Shown: piece after piece, positions 52,601 through 64,000 of the stretch | Numbering within the stretch: the first letter of the stretch is position 1 | Layout of the letters: every line of letters begins with the position of its first letter | NCBI GenBank assembly: GCA_002104945.1 | Contig: MCFH01000008.1 | Span: forward strand, 496,001-560,000 | Direction: 5' to 3' | Origin: Piromyces finnis finn | Lineage: Eukaryota > Fungi > Neocallimastigomycota | Length of the DNA stretch: 64,000 nucleotides | Position numbers and translations under genes: made by a program | The notes under the pieces: generated by a model | Databases searched by the model: none | What the model was told of the DNA's origin: nothing | The model's input: the letters and a program-made list of their open reading frames with translations, nothing else

Positions 52601-54945
52601 CATCTCAACCACCTCAAGTTAATCCAAGAACCCATTCATTAAGATATTCTTTAAAACAAAGACAGCAAAAAACAGATTCAATGGTTTCAGATGATAGGAT
52701 TAGTATTTCCACATCTGACTCAAGTGAATTTGAAAAAGTTGATTTTGATGAAAATCTTAGTAAAAAAGCAATTGTAAATTATTCTTCTGGTCATAGAAGA
52801 TCACACAGTCAACCGGATGATAGCTATTTGAATAATCAAGAAGAAAGAGAGAATGATATTTCTCTGTCTCAAGAAGTATCATCAGAACTTCGCCATAAGT
52901 TTACAAAAATTCAGGATAATCGTATTAGAAGTAAGGAATCAATTCGTTCTCAATCAATGATTTTTAACAAAGAAAAATTTCAAAAATCAAATCAAAATGA
53001 GCTTTTAATGGCAGTTAAAAAGTTAAAACCAGTATCTTCAAGTACACGACTTTCTGTTCCTACTGTTGATATTAGAAGCATAAATAACGATGTAACTCTA
53101 GTTGATCAAGAAAAAATCTTAGGACCTGTCGTTAATAATATTAGTGATCCTATATCCCAAACTAAATCATTAACATATAAACGTGATAGAATTGTGGAAG
53201 AGCTTTTCCAAACTGAGAAGACTTATGTTAAAGAATTAGCTAGTATTGTTCATTTATATTTAGATCCATTAGATACAGTGCCAGGCCACTTTTTAGATAT
53301 GCAAGAATATAAAACATTGTTTGGAAATTTACGTGATATTTTTGATTTTCATAATGAAGCGTTTGCTCCACGTTTAGAGAAATCATGTTTTCCAGAACGT
53401 AATAAATCTATTGTTCCACCTCCGTCTGTTGGATCTTTCTTCCAATTAAATGCACCTGTTTTGGCAAATTTATATGGAGAATACTATACCAATTCTAATA
53501 TGGCAAATAACTTTTTAACTAGGATTCAAAATTCTAAGTCTAACCGGTTTTCTACTTCATTAGTAAATAATAAACCAAAGGAATCTATATTTAAAAAAGA
53601 AAATAAAAAGCGTTTGAAGAAATTTAAAACTTTTCTTCAATGGGTATGTGGTCAACCTGAACATACTCAAATGAGTCTTCAAGGATATCTTCTTTTGCCT
53701 GTTCAGCGATTACCACGTTATTTATTACTTCTTGAGCAGCTTTTAAAAAACACTCGTGAAACTGATAAAGAATACCGTGATTTAAATAAAGCTAAAGAAG
53801 CAATTCGCATGGTTGTTGAACAATGTAATGAAAGAATTCGTCATTTTGAAGAAAGACAACATGTAATTGAAATAATAAGTAATATTCGTCTTTGTTCTTC
53901 TAATGTTCATTCTATTGGTGGTAAGGTCATTAAGAATTCCAGTAGCTCATATAATAAGCGTCTTTTATTGGATACTGTTCCTGCAAAGACAAAAGTAGAG
54001 TTCTTCGTTAAACTTCAAAATTTAACAAAGTTGGATGAGCTTCGTTTAATTAAGGAAGGACGATTCCAAATTTATAAGGTGAAACAATGTGATTCAAAAG
54101 TCACAGGAAATAAGAAAAATAAAAATAATAGGCGTGAACCAACTAATTTTTCAAATTCACCAGCATTAAGAGCTCAGAGGATTGCTCAAAGAACTACAGG
54201 TAAGGAAAGAAAAAGTATTAGTGAAAATGATATGAGAAGCAAAGAAGATAATGAAGTTTCAATGATAGATTCTTCAGCCTTTTCTCCTTCTTTAAATTCA
54301 ATTTCACCTATGATTTACAACACAGTAATGAAGATGTCTATGTCACCAAAACTTCGTTCAATATCATCATCATCTACACCTCCATCATCATCAAATAAAA
54401 AAAGAAAAACAAGAAGACGTTCATCATTAGAGTCTTTATCACCACCATTTATTAAGATATTACAAGATGATAAAACATCTATAAATAATATGAATAAAAT
54501 GAATAAAATTATTGAAGATGATGATATATCTAAAAATAAAAAACTCACATTACCAACTACTAAAGAAGACGAAGAAATCAATGAAATTAATCAAGTTTCA
54601 AAACATCATTCTCTCTCAACAATCAATTTAAAGGAATCTTTATCAATCACTAATGATTTAATTAATCCATCTTTTGCTATTTGGGAACAAGTATATTTAA
54701 TTAATAATAATTTAGTAGAAGTGTTATCATCAACTAATGAATTAGTACGTATTATGGAATTAGTAAAACCAAAGGTTGGTCATTTACCAAACTCTATTAT
54801 TAACCCTGGATGTCAAGTTGATATTATTGATGAAAATGGAATACAAATGTTAACTGTTTGTGATGGTCATACCATGATTTATTTAATGGGATTAAAAGAA
54901 GAACTTTTTGAATGGAAAGAAGCAATCAATAAAATATTACAATAG
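49651..54945 (+). CDS. Giant intronless Rho GEF (DH + split PH), 1764 aa, paralog of the GEF at 14878-22447
   Basis: Single ORF. DH motifs KRDRIVEELFQTEKTYVKEL and SLQGYLLLPVQRLPRYLLLLEQLLK. Terminal helix LMGLKEELFEWKEAINKIL. Confidence 0.92.
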   Translation: MKKQNINNQSNLISSTLKDDTLVDENMDSAYSQSSSISTLNANTLLTEKDRDNKGNENKDDSEFSQFKYKTVHPLNSDSIITKITDSFNDEKEKLLEKSLSLKSIEETKEFIKGLEKYPQMTSSPIKQEFNSYEVLNKKSNTNIPTTTINNSKGSNINNTNICLSSNSSTEKSSQKSEFENEEISYVIGCDSTSSFIIPFEEESLLSDDMKRQSYCSISSDPNYRLSISSISNIDLNNKRQSIYSNSSNINNNSNNISKVNLPNFSSEILQVSSFTPPMSPTISTKLVSNNNQKGNANPTIVLSESSNSNNSITSFNSQSIDINSKVLYDKSILRPVGSKEIKEEKSLFDKSFIGQVENKDDNVPFDRSFLRQIEGKNTKYVKSIKDEKSLINKTSLNQVDNKEGNFSKNRKYKPKDIKINTKPDISCNDKNNLNEESRGRPINLFSDNIFVRRSRSQGSTISSPIRKEIISPTEIQKVTRRKNRTSDPCTPLLRHNKSTSVISSRSPSNEISTREHINSHSLKSKLNSLKNSENGLRRSSSYSCIQMSSTSTSLPSSTSNNRFPLKSSSSIILNSNLKIESTKLNPLVNSDDETHTPQKVIDNLNKLNVESKKTTMSDIPKIILSMAEFIGVIFVNKSNQLLSYFEERYPKFHTIISILQVITKYIPNAIFKSSEILRQGYVKIMNRIHVLKNFCESNNIPFPDINQFIRLFNILKNQIIEKIMLAKDGQLQLPSNFSAFMAKIYEILSRTPKKSRLALSKNNIKNICISGPVGGHPIGTGKYNQYNHNSKTNETQSSISITLVQNDQNSSDINLYDVKKIKESNESDTEIISFNHKIKSKISSPSSSYDESSIITKSLSNDSTIKEGSYPFFKHRSEKNINTNRYFDDINTTINNRNSYQSSDSLYVSDNSRIFTQNNKHNEMGENFHHHHKISVTSNDSVTEPIIKDNINVNNLIELFEKQMSQTKILNSDFNDNESLKLPSQPPQVNPRTHSLRYSLKQRQQKTDSMVSDDRISISTSDSSEFEKVDFDENLSKKAIVNYSSGHRRSHSQPDDSYLNNQEERENDISLSQEVSSELRHKFTKIQDNRIRSKESIRSQSMIFNKEKFQKSNQNELLMAVKKLKPVSSSTRLSVPTVDIRSINNDVTLVDQEKILGPVVNNISDPISQTKSLTYKRDRIVEELFQTEKTYVKELASIVHLYLDPLDTVPGHFLDMQEYKTLFGNLRDIFDFHNEAFAPRLEKSCFPERNKSIVPPPSVGSFFQLNAPVLANLYGEYYTNSNMANNFLTRIQNSKSNRFSTSLVNNKPKESIFKKENKKRLKKFKTFLQWVCGQPEHTQMSLQGYLLLPVQRLPRYLLLLEQLLKNTRETDKEYRDLNKAKEAIRMVVEQCNERIRHFEERQHVIEIISNIRLCSSNVHSIGGKVIKNSSSSYNKRLLLDTVPAKTKVEFFVKLQNLTKLDELRLIKEGRFQIYKVKQCDSKVTGNKKNKNNRREPTNFSNSPALRAQRIAQRTTGKERKSISENDMRSKEDNEVSMIDSSAFSPSLNSISPMIYNTVMKMSMSPKLRSISSSSTPPSSSNKKRKTRRRSSLESLSPPFIKILQDDKTSINNMNKMNKIIEDDDISKNKKLTLPTTKEDEEINEINQVSKHHSLSTINLKESLSITNDLINPSFAIWEQVYLINNNLVEVLSSTNELVRIMELVKPKVGHLPNSIINPGCQVDIIDENGIQMLTVCDGHTMIYLMGLKEELFEWKEAINKILQ

Positions 54946-55335
54946 ATAATATTATAATTTTTATATACATAATTATACATATATATTTTTCTTTACTTAG
55001 TAATCAAAACAAAATAAAACTATCTTAATACAAATTATAAAATCAACTAAATAAAATTAATATTTAATAGAATAAATAGAATGTAAAAAGATAATAAAAA
55101 TAATAAAATAAAAATAAAACCTTTTTTTTCCCTATCTTTTAAATTTTTATTTTCAATATTTTATATATATACATATAAATAATTATTATATAAATAATGA
55201 AGAGAAAAAAATAAAGAAAAAGGGAAAAAAAAAAAAAAAATTAAAATATATATAATTCATTATAAGCTTAATAATTATAAAAAAATTATCATAGTTAATA
55301 ATGAAATTACATAATTAATCATGCATATATAATAT

Positions 55336-55364
55336 TTATATAGTACATTTTATGTACTATATAA
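55336..55364. repeat. Perfect 13-bp inverted repeat with a 3-nt loop
   Basis: TTATATAGTACAT-TTT-ATGTACTATATAA. Confidence 0.8.
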
Positions 55365-57130
55365 TAAAAATTAAATAAACTCTTCATAAATATATTTTAT
55401 ATATAATTTATCGTTAACATTATAACTATGTTTTATTAGAGGTGTAATATTAAATTAGTAATGAAAAAAGAAAAAACAAAATTTTTTGCATATTAAAAAC
55501 GAAAAAGAATTATAATTTTTTTTATACATATTTGTATCGAATAATTTTCAGAAACTATCTTTAAAAATGTATTAAAATTAAAACACTAAAGTAAATTGTT
55601 AAGTTCATGAAATTACTAGATGATTAGTAATTGTCATCTCTAATTTCTTATTAAGTAATATCTAAATAATACTAACAATATTTAATTTTTAATTAATACT
55701 TAATATTCCTTTATGTTCACTTCATTATATATATTCATCTATTATAAACAAATTGCTTATATGTCACAAGAAAACTAAATTCTCAAGTGTTTCAACTTGA
55801 TATTGGATACAGCAATTCTTTAAAAAGTTTATTTTAAATTATAATAGAAAAGAAAATTATATAACTTTATTACTATTAAATTTTTTGCTTTTAAATATTA
55901 TCTAAACATTCCATCCTTAACATAATTCAAGCTTACTTTTAATTCGTAATATGTTCATTTTTTTTTTTTTTAGTCATTGATATTATTATGCCAACATTTT
56001 CAATATTTACTATAATTTTTACATGTCTTATCGTTTACTATAAAATTATTGGTAAAAAAAAAATTTTAATAATTATTGTGAATTGTGAATAATTGTAATA
56101 ATAATATAATAATGTCTCATTAATTTAATTATTTTTTTTCTCCTCATTCTAGCTAAAATCTTAAATGTATTATTCTAAAAAAGTATAATTTAAATCTAAT
56201 GAAATTGGTAAAAAAAATGATGTAAAGGTTTAAAAATTATTATATATAATTAATCAAATAAAAAATCCAATTAGAATTTGTAAATTATAAATTTAACTGT
56301 AGATTAAAATCTAAAATATTATAAAAAAGTATCCAAAACTATTGAATAAATAAATGGAAATGTTAAATTAAGAAAAAAATAGTAATAGAATATATTACAA
56401 GTATTAAAGTATTCAATTATTAAAAGTAATTTTTTTAATTGCGATAATTGTTATTTATAAAATCACATTAACATAATACTACATAATAAAATAAATATAT
56501 TAAATATTTATTTCTTTTATATTTTTTTTCTTTTTTTTTTATATTTATTTATAGAGGTTTATTGTATTGTTTTTCTTTCAGTGATATAGAGATACATTGA
56601 ATTAATTTTTGGTATTCCAATCCAAAATTACTTTTTTTTTTTTTACATATATTTTGATAGAATTAATAAATAAATAAAACAACTAATTATCAAAAACATA
56701 TATTTAAAGAATATATAAACAAAAATGGATTCAAATAGCAGTGGAATAGAGTGAATATAATTATTAATTATTAATATTAATAGTAATATTTCAAATAATT
56801 ATGCTTATTAATAATATTATCATTTATTATTTTAAAAATGCAATAATTATATGGTTAAAAAAAATTAGTAAAGGTAATATATAAAAAATTTAAAAGAAAT
56901 GAGATAAAGATATCGAATAATAAATTTATATACATTTCATTTATATATATATTTGAACTATGCTATATATTCAAACAAATAAATTAAAAATATATTTATC
57001 GAAATAATAGCAATTAAAGAATTGGTAATTAAAAATAAAATTTTATTGTTATCTTATTCTTAAAAACAAGCTATAGATAATGATTTAATAACATTTTTAT
57101 TCAATAATATTAATTTTATTATTTCCCAAG

Positions 57131-60100
57131 AGTGACAGTATAACAGAACTGAGCAGTAACAAAAAAGAGAATAAAACTAATAGTAATTTGAATAAGCAAT
57201 TGTATACAGATTCCGAAATTTGTTTATTAGAGAGTATGAAAAATAAGAATAATAAAGATTCTAAAAAAATAAATAAAAATTCAGTCAAAGATATGATTAA
57301 TAATTTAAAAAGTTTGATTGATAACAATAGTATAGCAAAGTTATTGGCAAGTTCCCAAAATTTAAATTCAAATGATATGATGAATTATAAACCATCCAAT
57401 TCTACTAACATAGACAAACAAGAGAATAATATCGAACAAATATATAAATTAAGTAATTTATGCAATGAAAATGATATATATTTCAATAGCGATTCAGATT
57501 CATTTAAAAATGTTATGTCATCTCAAAAAAATATAACTAAAATTCAATTATCAAATCCAAACAATGTAAGCGGAATTATAAGTATTAAATGTTGCCTTGA
57601 TCCAGAAGAAATGGAACAAAATACAGAAGAAATATATCCATTAACAGATTCATTTTTAAATAAAGTTGTTACATTCAATAAAGAGAACGGTGATATATCT
57701 TATATTGCTGACGAATATTCTATTAATATTCCAAAGGATATGGATTTAGAAGAGGCTTTCAAAACATTAATAATAGAGAATATAAATATAAGAGTTTATT
57801 CAAAAGATATTGAAGAAGAACTTAAAGAAGTTATTAAAACAAATGAAATGCTCGAGGTAAATAATATATACTATATTATTTTCTATCAATAATTTTTTAT
57901 TCATTTTTTTATATATCAAAAATTAATAATACTAATGAAAATAAAAGAAAGAAAATAATGAAATAGAACTTAAAATGAAAAAGGATGCTAATAGCAAAAA
58001 TGAGATTTTTAATGAAAATGAGAATATGACTAATCAAACTGTTACTAAATTAAATGATTTAAAACTTAATATGATGACAATATTATCAAATTACATAAGC
58101 AAACTTAATTCTATTAATGAAGGTATATTTTCAGATAATGGTATTGAAAAATATTACGAAGCTTTTGAAGACATGCTTAATGAAGTTACAAAATTAAATG
58201 ATAATATATCAACTACTTTATTACAAAATTCAATTGAAAAAAGTATAAAAGAAAATATTGAATTCGAATTTTTCAAATATAAAAATAATTATTCTTTCAG
58301 TGTTAATGAATATAATAACAGAATTAACGAATTAAAACATAATATTATATCTCTTAAAAAAGAAAAGGAGGTTTTAATTAATGAAAATAAAAATTTAAAA
58401 TATACAAATTTATCAATTGAATCAGATATTGGAGGTAGCAAATCTGTTGATACTCGATCAGTTAACTCAGTATTATCAGATAATCAAGAAATAAAAAGTT
58501 TATATGAAGTTGGAAGTGAGAGCAGTATTAAAAGTTCAAAATTCTCCAAATTAACTAATAGTGCAAAAAAAATAATAAGAAATACCAGTAATAAGAAATT
58601 ATTTAAAGATAAAAAAACAAGAAGTAGAGGTTTTTCCGTTTCTCTTCCAGTTAAACGTAAAATTTTTATATATATTTTTATAAATTTATTAATAATAGCA
58701 AGAAAAAAATCAAATTAATTAAAAAATACTTGAAAAATATACTATACTATAATCTAATGATTCCATAAACCAGATCTAGATAGAAATAAGGATGAAACTA
58801 ATAAAAGAAGAAATTCAATTATAGATACTTCAAATGAAGTAATAATACCACATGTATTTATTCCTCATTCTTACATAAAACCAACTAAATGGTAAATATA
58901 ACTAATATATATAATAAATAAAAGTTTTTCTTTAATTAATTCATATTAATTAATACTATAGTGAAATATGCCAAGAATTGTGTTGGAGAAAAGAAATTAG
59001 ATGTAAAACATGCGGTTACCGTTGCCATGAAAGATGTCAAAATTTAGCAGAAAAGACTTCATCATGTATTGTTAATAACGTTCAAAAAAATATGATTTCA
59101 GGTATGTAATAAAAAATATTATAAAAAAGTTAAAATTTTTAGTTTTTATTTATTATTTATTACCTCTTACTTATTATTATTTAATAATCAAAAAGAAATG
59201 GAATCTCAAATGAAACTGTTTGGAACTACAATTTCAACATATGGTATTAATGAAATTGATTTCATTCCATCTATTGTAAAACTTTGTATTAATGAAGTTG
59301 AAAAAAGAGGTATGCAAACTGTAGGTATATACAGAAAGTCTGGTAATGTTATAAAAACAAGAAATCTAGTAAAGTATGTTATAATGTATTACTTTAAAAT
59401 AATGTTAGATTGAATTGTATATTTGTATTAATTTATTTATAAAAAATTTATATTATTAAAAGTTCCTTTGACAGGGGTGAAATACCTGATATATCAGAAG
59501 AAGGTGAATATCCAGATATTGCAGTTATCACAAGTACATTAAAGCAATACTTTAGGGATCTTCCTGATGCATTAATACCAGAACGCTTTTTCAATAGTAT
59601 CAAGGAAATTATTGGTTAATAATCATTATAAAATATATATATATAAAATATATATATATAATAATATATTTAATGTTAATGCTTAAATTAATTATATTTT
59701 AATTTTTCTATATATTAGATATTGATGATGAATCCGAACAGATTAATAAAATGAAAGAATTGGTCGAAAAACTTCCAAAAACAAATTATGAAACATTAAA
59801 ATTCTTATGTAATCATCTAAATAAAGTTGATGCTAATTCTGATATTAATTTAATGACATCTAAGAACTTAGGTGTTGTATTCGGACCAACTTTAATAGGA
59901 GAATCAGAAAAAAAATCGGGCAATAATATGATCTCTACTGTAAGTAGAGTAAGAGCTATTGATCTATTAATTAGATTTTCAAAAGAAATTTTTAAATTTG
60001 TTCCTGAGAAAGAAAAAAATCATATCGGTTTGGATTTATTAAATGATGTAAAAAAATCACTTAATACGAAACAAACTAATATTGATGAGGATGAAATGGA

Positions 60101-60170
60101 TATACACGAAAGAAATATAGATAATTATAAAAAAAATTCCACTAGTTTTTCCACAATACCCCAATTATAA
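57131..60170 (+). CDS. Coiled-coil + C1 zinc finger + RhoGAP protein (chimaerin/RacGAP-like architecture); true 5' end uncertain
   Basis: Spliced C1: HVFIPHSYIKPTKCEICQELCWRKEIRCKTCGYRCHERCQNLAEKTSSC. RhoGAP: LFGT..IPSIVKLCINEVEKRGMQTVGIYRKSG (arginine finger), LKQYFRDLP, LKFLCNHLNKV, NLMTSKNLGVVFGPTL. Confidence 0.9.
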
Positions 60171-61047
60171 TTATATTAATACTAATTTTTATAAAGATTA
60201 TTATTAATGTAAAGATATTTTTAAAATTTTTGTTCTATTATATTTTAATATTTAATACTATAAAATTAAAAAATACATTCATAAAAAATATTTATATTAT
60301 TATTCTTGTTTAAAACATTAATAAATATTTAAATATTTTTTATATATAAATATAATAAACAATTTTATATGAAGTGTATATTGACCAGATATTGCTAATT
60401 TTTGTATTATATTTATGTCTTCTATATAAATAATATTTTATATATTTAATGCTATTTATTCTAATAGTATGTTTTAGAAGTAAAGTTGAAATAACTATTT
60501 TCATATATGATATAAAATAATGATTATATTATTACTATTATTTTAAAATTATTTAATAAAGGAAATGTAAAGGAAATGTAATGTCAATGTTTTAAGTATA
60601 TATTATATTAAATATATTGTATAGATAATTTTATTACTAAAATTGTATAATTTTTTCCTTGTCAAAAAAAAAATTGAAAAAGACATAACATTAAAATGAG
60701 CTATAAAATTTCCAGTATTAAACTATTAAACACATAAATTTATAATTTAAAGTTTAATTCTTCCTACATAAAACTAACTAAATCATATATATTATATATA
60801 TTATCACGTGTATTGATTTGTTTTTTGTTTTATTGTTTTAATTGTTATTTCTATTATTGTTTTTCAGTAATTAAATATTTAATTAATAGCAATAATTAAG
60901 TTATATATTTTTTATGGAATAGGTGCTAAATATACTAAATTTAATTTGATAATAATAAAATAATATATATACTAAGAAAAAATAACAAGTTTATAAAAAG
61001 CAATAAATAACTTTTAATTAAATAAAAATTAAAATGAATAAGTAAAA

Positions 61048-64000
61048 ATGGAAACTTCAATAGTAAAAAATCAAATTGTTTTTGTAATTGATGGTTCTGG
61101 TAGTATGAAATGTCATATTGAAAAGTATCTTAATTATATAACTACATTAATAGAGTATGTTTCATTTATTGATATAATAATAATAATAATAATAAAAGTT
61201 TAGATATTAATCAAATTATTTAAATAATAACGTTTTAGTGAAAATGACTTAACTAGTAAAATACAAAAGGTATTATTATTAAATTCTTAATACTTAATAT
61301 ATCAATATTTTTTCTAAAAATAAATTATTAATTATTATTCTATCAATAAAAAATTATAAAAGAATACTATATTTAATTATGTGGTTTATTATGACTATCC
61401 ATCTAATTCAACAAAAACTATATGTAAAGGGCAACCAATTGATAATTTTGATTTAATATTAAAAAAATTGAAATTTTTAAAAATAAGAGATGGGGGAATA
61501 TTAAGAAATGCTTTAGTTGAAGGTTTAGGAGCTGCGTTAGAGGTAACAATCAAATTAATATTATTTTTAAAAAATTAAACTAAATTTAAACTAATATCTT
61601 ATAAATATAAAAGATATTTAATGATGAAAATTATAAAAACAGTAAAAAATATTGTATAATATTAAGTAATACAGCATTTTATAATTCAAAAATAAGATAT
61701 TCAAAAAATTATTTTAGAAAGGATATTAATTCAATTCTTGAAGAATATAAAAAGGTTTATATTATATTAAAGTAGTAATAATTCATCATTGAAAATAATA
61801 ATTAAAATATTTTTATTGCCATTTTTGTTATACTATACAGAAATCTATTGATATAACATTATTTACAACATTAAATAGTATAGAACCATCAAATAACATT
61901 ATTGAAAAGGTAAATATTAACTATATAATAAATATGTAAAAAAGATGTTATGATATTAAAATAACTAATTTAATAATAATAATAATAATAATAATAAAGA
62001 TAAATGAAGACAAAGGGAGAATTTATATAGGAAAAGAGTATTTAATAAGAATTAATGAATTACGGTCATCTTCTAAATTATTTTCGGAATTTGAATTTAA
62101 GCGTATGTTAAAAAATTATAACTAAATAAAAGTTTTTCTCTTTTTTAACTAAGTATGTATTCAAATATCGAAATAAATTATATACATAATTCATATATAT
62201 AGGTGAAAAAGAATTGGTCGATTTATGGACAAAATCAAAAGAAACTTCAACAATAATAGTAAATTCAAAAATCGAAGATCCAGCAACAAAGAAAATAAAA
62301 ACAGAAGAAAAATTACAAAAACCAATAACTAATCTAATAAACTTAGATTTAAATAAAGAACATGTTGAAATTCCATTACAAAATGAAAAGAAAAATGTTG
62401 AAAATATAAAGCAATTAAAATTTATTGAAGAACAACAGAAAAAGCATCAGAATTATATAAATAAAACTCAAACTTCTTCAGCTACAGCATCACCATCTTC
62501 TGTTGATATGAATTTATCATCACAGCCAGCTTCAACATTACTTGGTAGTTCAAATAATAAATCAAATTCCAATACCAGTAATATTGTAAAAACTGAAACT
62601 AAAGTTCCAACAAATAAAATTAGTAATACTTTAAATTCTAAAACCATTAAAATCGAAACAACAAATAATAATTCAAACTCGGTTACTACAACACCATCAA
62701 AAACTTCTATACCAGGAACAGGAACTGTAAATATTACTACATCAACAATAAATTCTACTTCGATATCATCAATACCAACAACAAATGTAGCCGTCAAGAA
62801 ACAATCTATACCAAATACACCAAATGTCTCAACTAGTAAAAATAGTACTTCCCCAATAATTAATAATTCAAAAGTTACAAATAGTACAAAATCATCAGGT
62901 GTTAATACACCAGTTAAAGCAACATCTATTTCATCAAATACATCATCTTCCACAAAAATAGCTAATACTGTAAAAACTACAAATAATCAATCTATAACAA
63001 ATGTAACAGTAGCTAACAAGAATATAAGTCCAACATTGAATGTAAATAATACAGTACCTAGTATTACATCTTCAACTGTTAATATAATACCAGCAGTTTC
63101 TTCAATAAATTCCACGGTTTCTGCAGCCAATGATCCAAGAGCAGCAGCAGTTTTACAAATGCAGAAAAATAAGCAAAATATACAGAATTTGCCAAGTAAA
63201 CAATTACAACAATTACAACAATCGGCAATTAGACAACAATTATTAAATAAGCAACAAGAAAATAAGCAACAGAGTCAAGCACAACCTCAAACAACGCCTG
63301 TTCAACCTCCATTACAAACAACTTTACAAAACAGAGCTAATAACCCAGCACAAGTTCAACAACAAAATAATATACAGTCTATTGGATGGAAAGGTCAGCT
63401 TTGTAATAGAAAAGATAATGCAGAAATAGAAACTGCTTTTGATTTGATAGCTAAACCTTGTATTTTTGATAATGATAATAAATCAATTAAAAGTGAAGAA
63501 TAGTAAGTTGTTATTAAATACAATGAATAATAAAAAGGTAAACTATGAGAATAAATAATATTAATCATTAAATTTAATTCATAAACAATTTCATTATAGT
63601 TTATTTGATGCATGGCCTCCAAAATTAATAATTGATCAACTACTTAATGGTGATATAAGTAAATTTATTGAAGCTAATAAAACTTTAATGCCATTTGTAA
63701 AATTTGAACCACAAGATCATGATAAAAGTAGCTACCAAAGCCTAGTAAAAAATTTATCTGATAAAAATATGGTAAATTATTCCTTTTATATATATATATT
63801 GGTATATAATATATGAATTATTAACATATTAAATATTATATATTATATTCTATATAATTTTGGATATGCACTATTAAAATATATAGTTTGGTATAATTCA
63901 TTTTACTAATAACAATAAGTTAAAAGATAAGCAGGGATTATTATTCTATCAAAATAATCAAGTATTATATGGTGTGGTATTTATAAAATATTATATAACA
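61048..64000 (+). CDS. MED25: Mediator subunit 25-like protein (N-terminal vWA, S/T/Q-rich linker, ACID/PTOV-like domain); 3' end runs off the window
   Basis: vWA: QIVFVIDGSGSM..YVVYYDYP..DGGILRNALVEGLGAALEIF..KYCIILSN. ACID-like: IGWKGQL..AWPPKLIIDQ..FVKFEP..FGIIHF..GLLFYQ..LYGVVF. A Gln-rich segment precedes the ACID region. Confidence 0.75.

Noticed and set aside
55750-56045. Slightly GC-richer patches with codon-like texture on the minus strand
   Set aside because: Stops interrupt the frames examined and no homology is recognisable.
56725-56754. ATG GAT TCA AAT AGC AGT GGA ATA as first exon of the RhoGAP
   Set aside because: Available GT donors give a phase that does not match the acceptor at 57130, so the 5' end is left unresolved.

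Overview
Extremely AT-rich eukaryotic DNA with long poly-A/T runs, short GT-AG introns and Asn-rich proteins. This is most consistent with an anaerobic gut fungus (Neocallimastigomycota), inferred from composition and gene content only. I could splice 13 protein-coding genes by hand: an Mrn1/Nrd1-like RRM protein (cut by the window start), a divergent RPS19/eS19 paralog, a CAP/SCP surface protein, a Prb1-type subtilisin, two paralogous giant DH-PH RhoGEFs, a tail-anchored coiled-coil protein with dynein-adaptor-like motifs, a secreted histidine-phosphatase-fold protein lacking the RH arginine, a Cys-rich single-pass SH3 receptor-like protein, HBS1 head-to-head with TRIP4/RQT4, a bacterial-type mycothione-reductase-like disulfide reductase, a C1-RhoGAP and a MED25-like protein (running off the window end). 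Non-coding structure includes a 5'-truncated poly(A) retroposon with an 11-bp target-site duplication, several exact two-copy tandem duplications and trinucleotide microsatellites. I recognised no tRNA, rRNA or CRISPR array. The most interesting leads are the divergent HBS1/RQT4 ribosome-rescue gene pair, the remodelled eS19 paralog, the candidate membrane-anchored dynein adaptor, MED25 in a fungus, and the probably horizontally acquired reductase. All family assignments come from motif recognition, not database searches.
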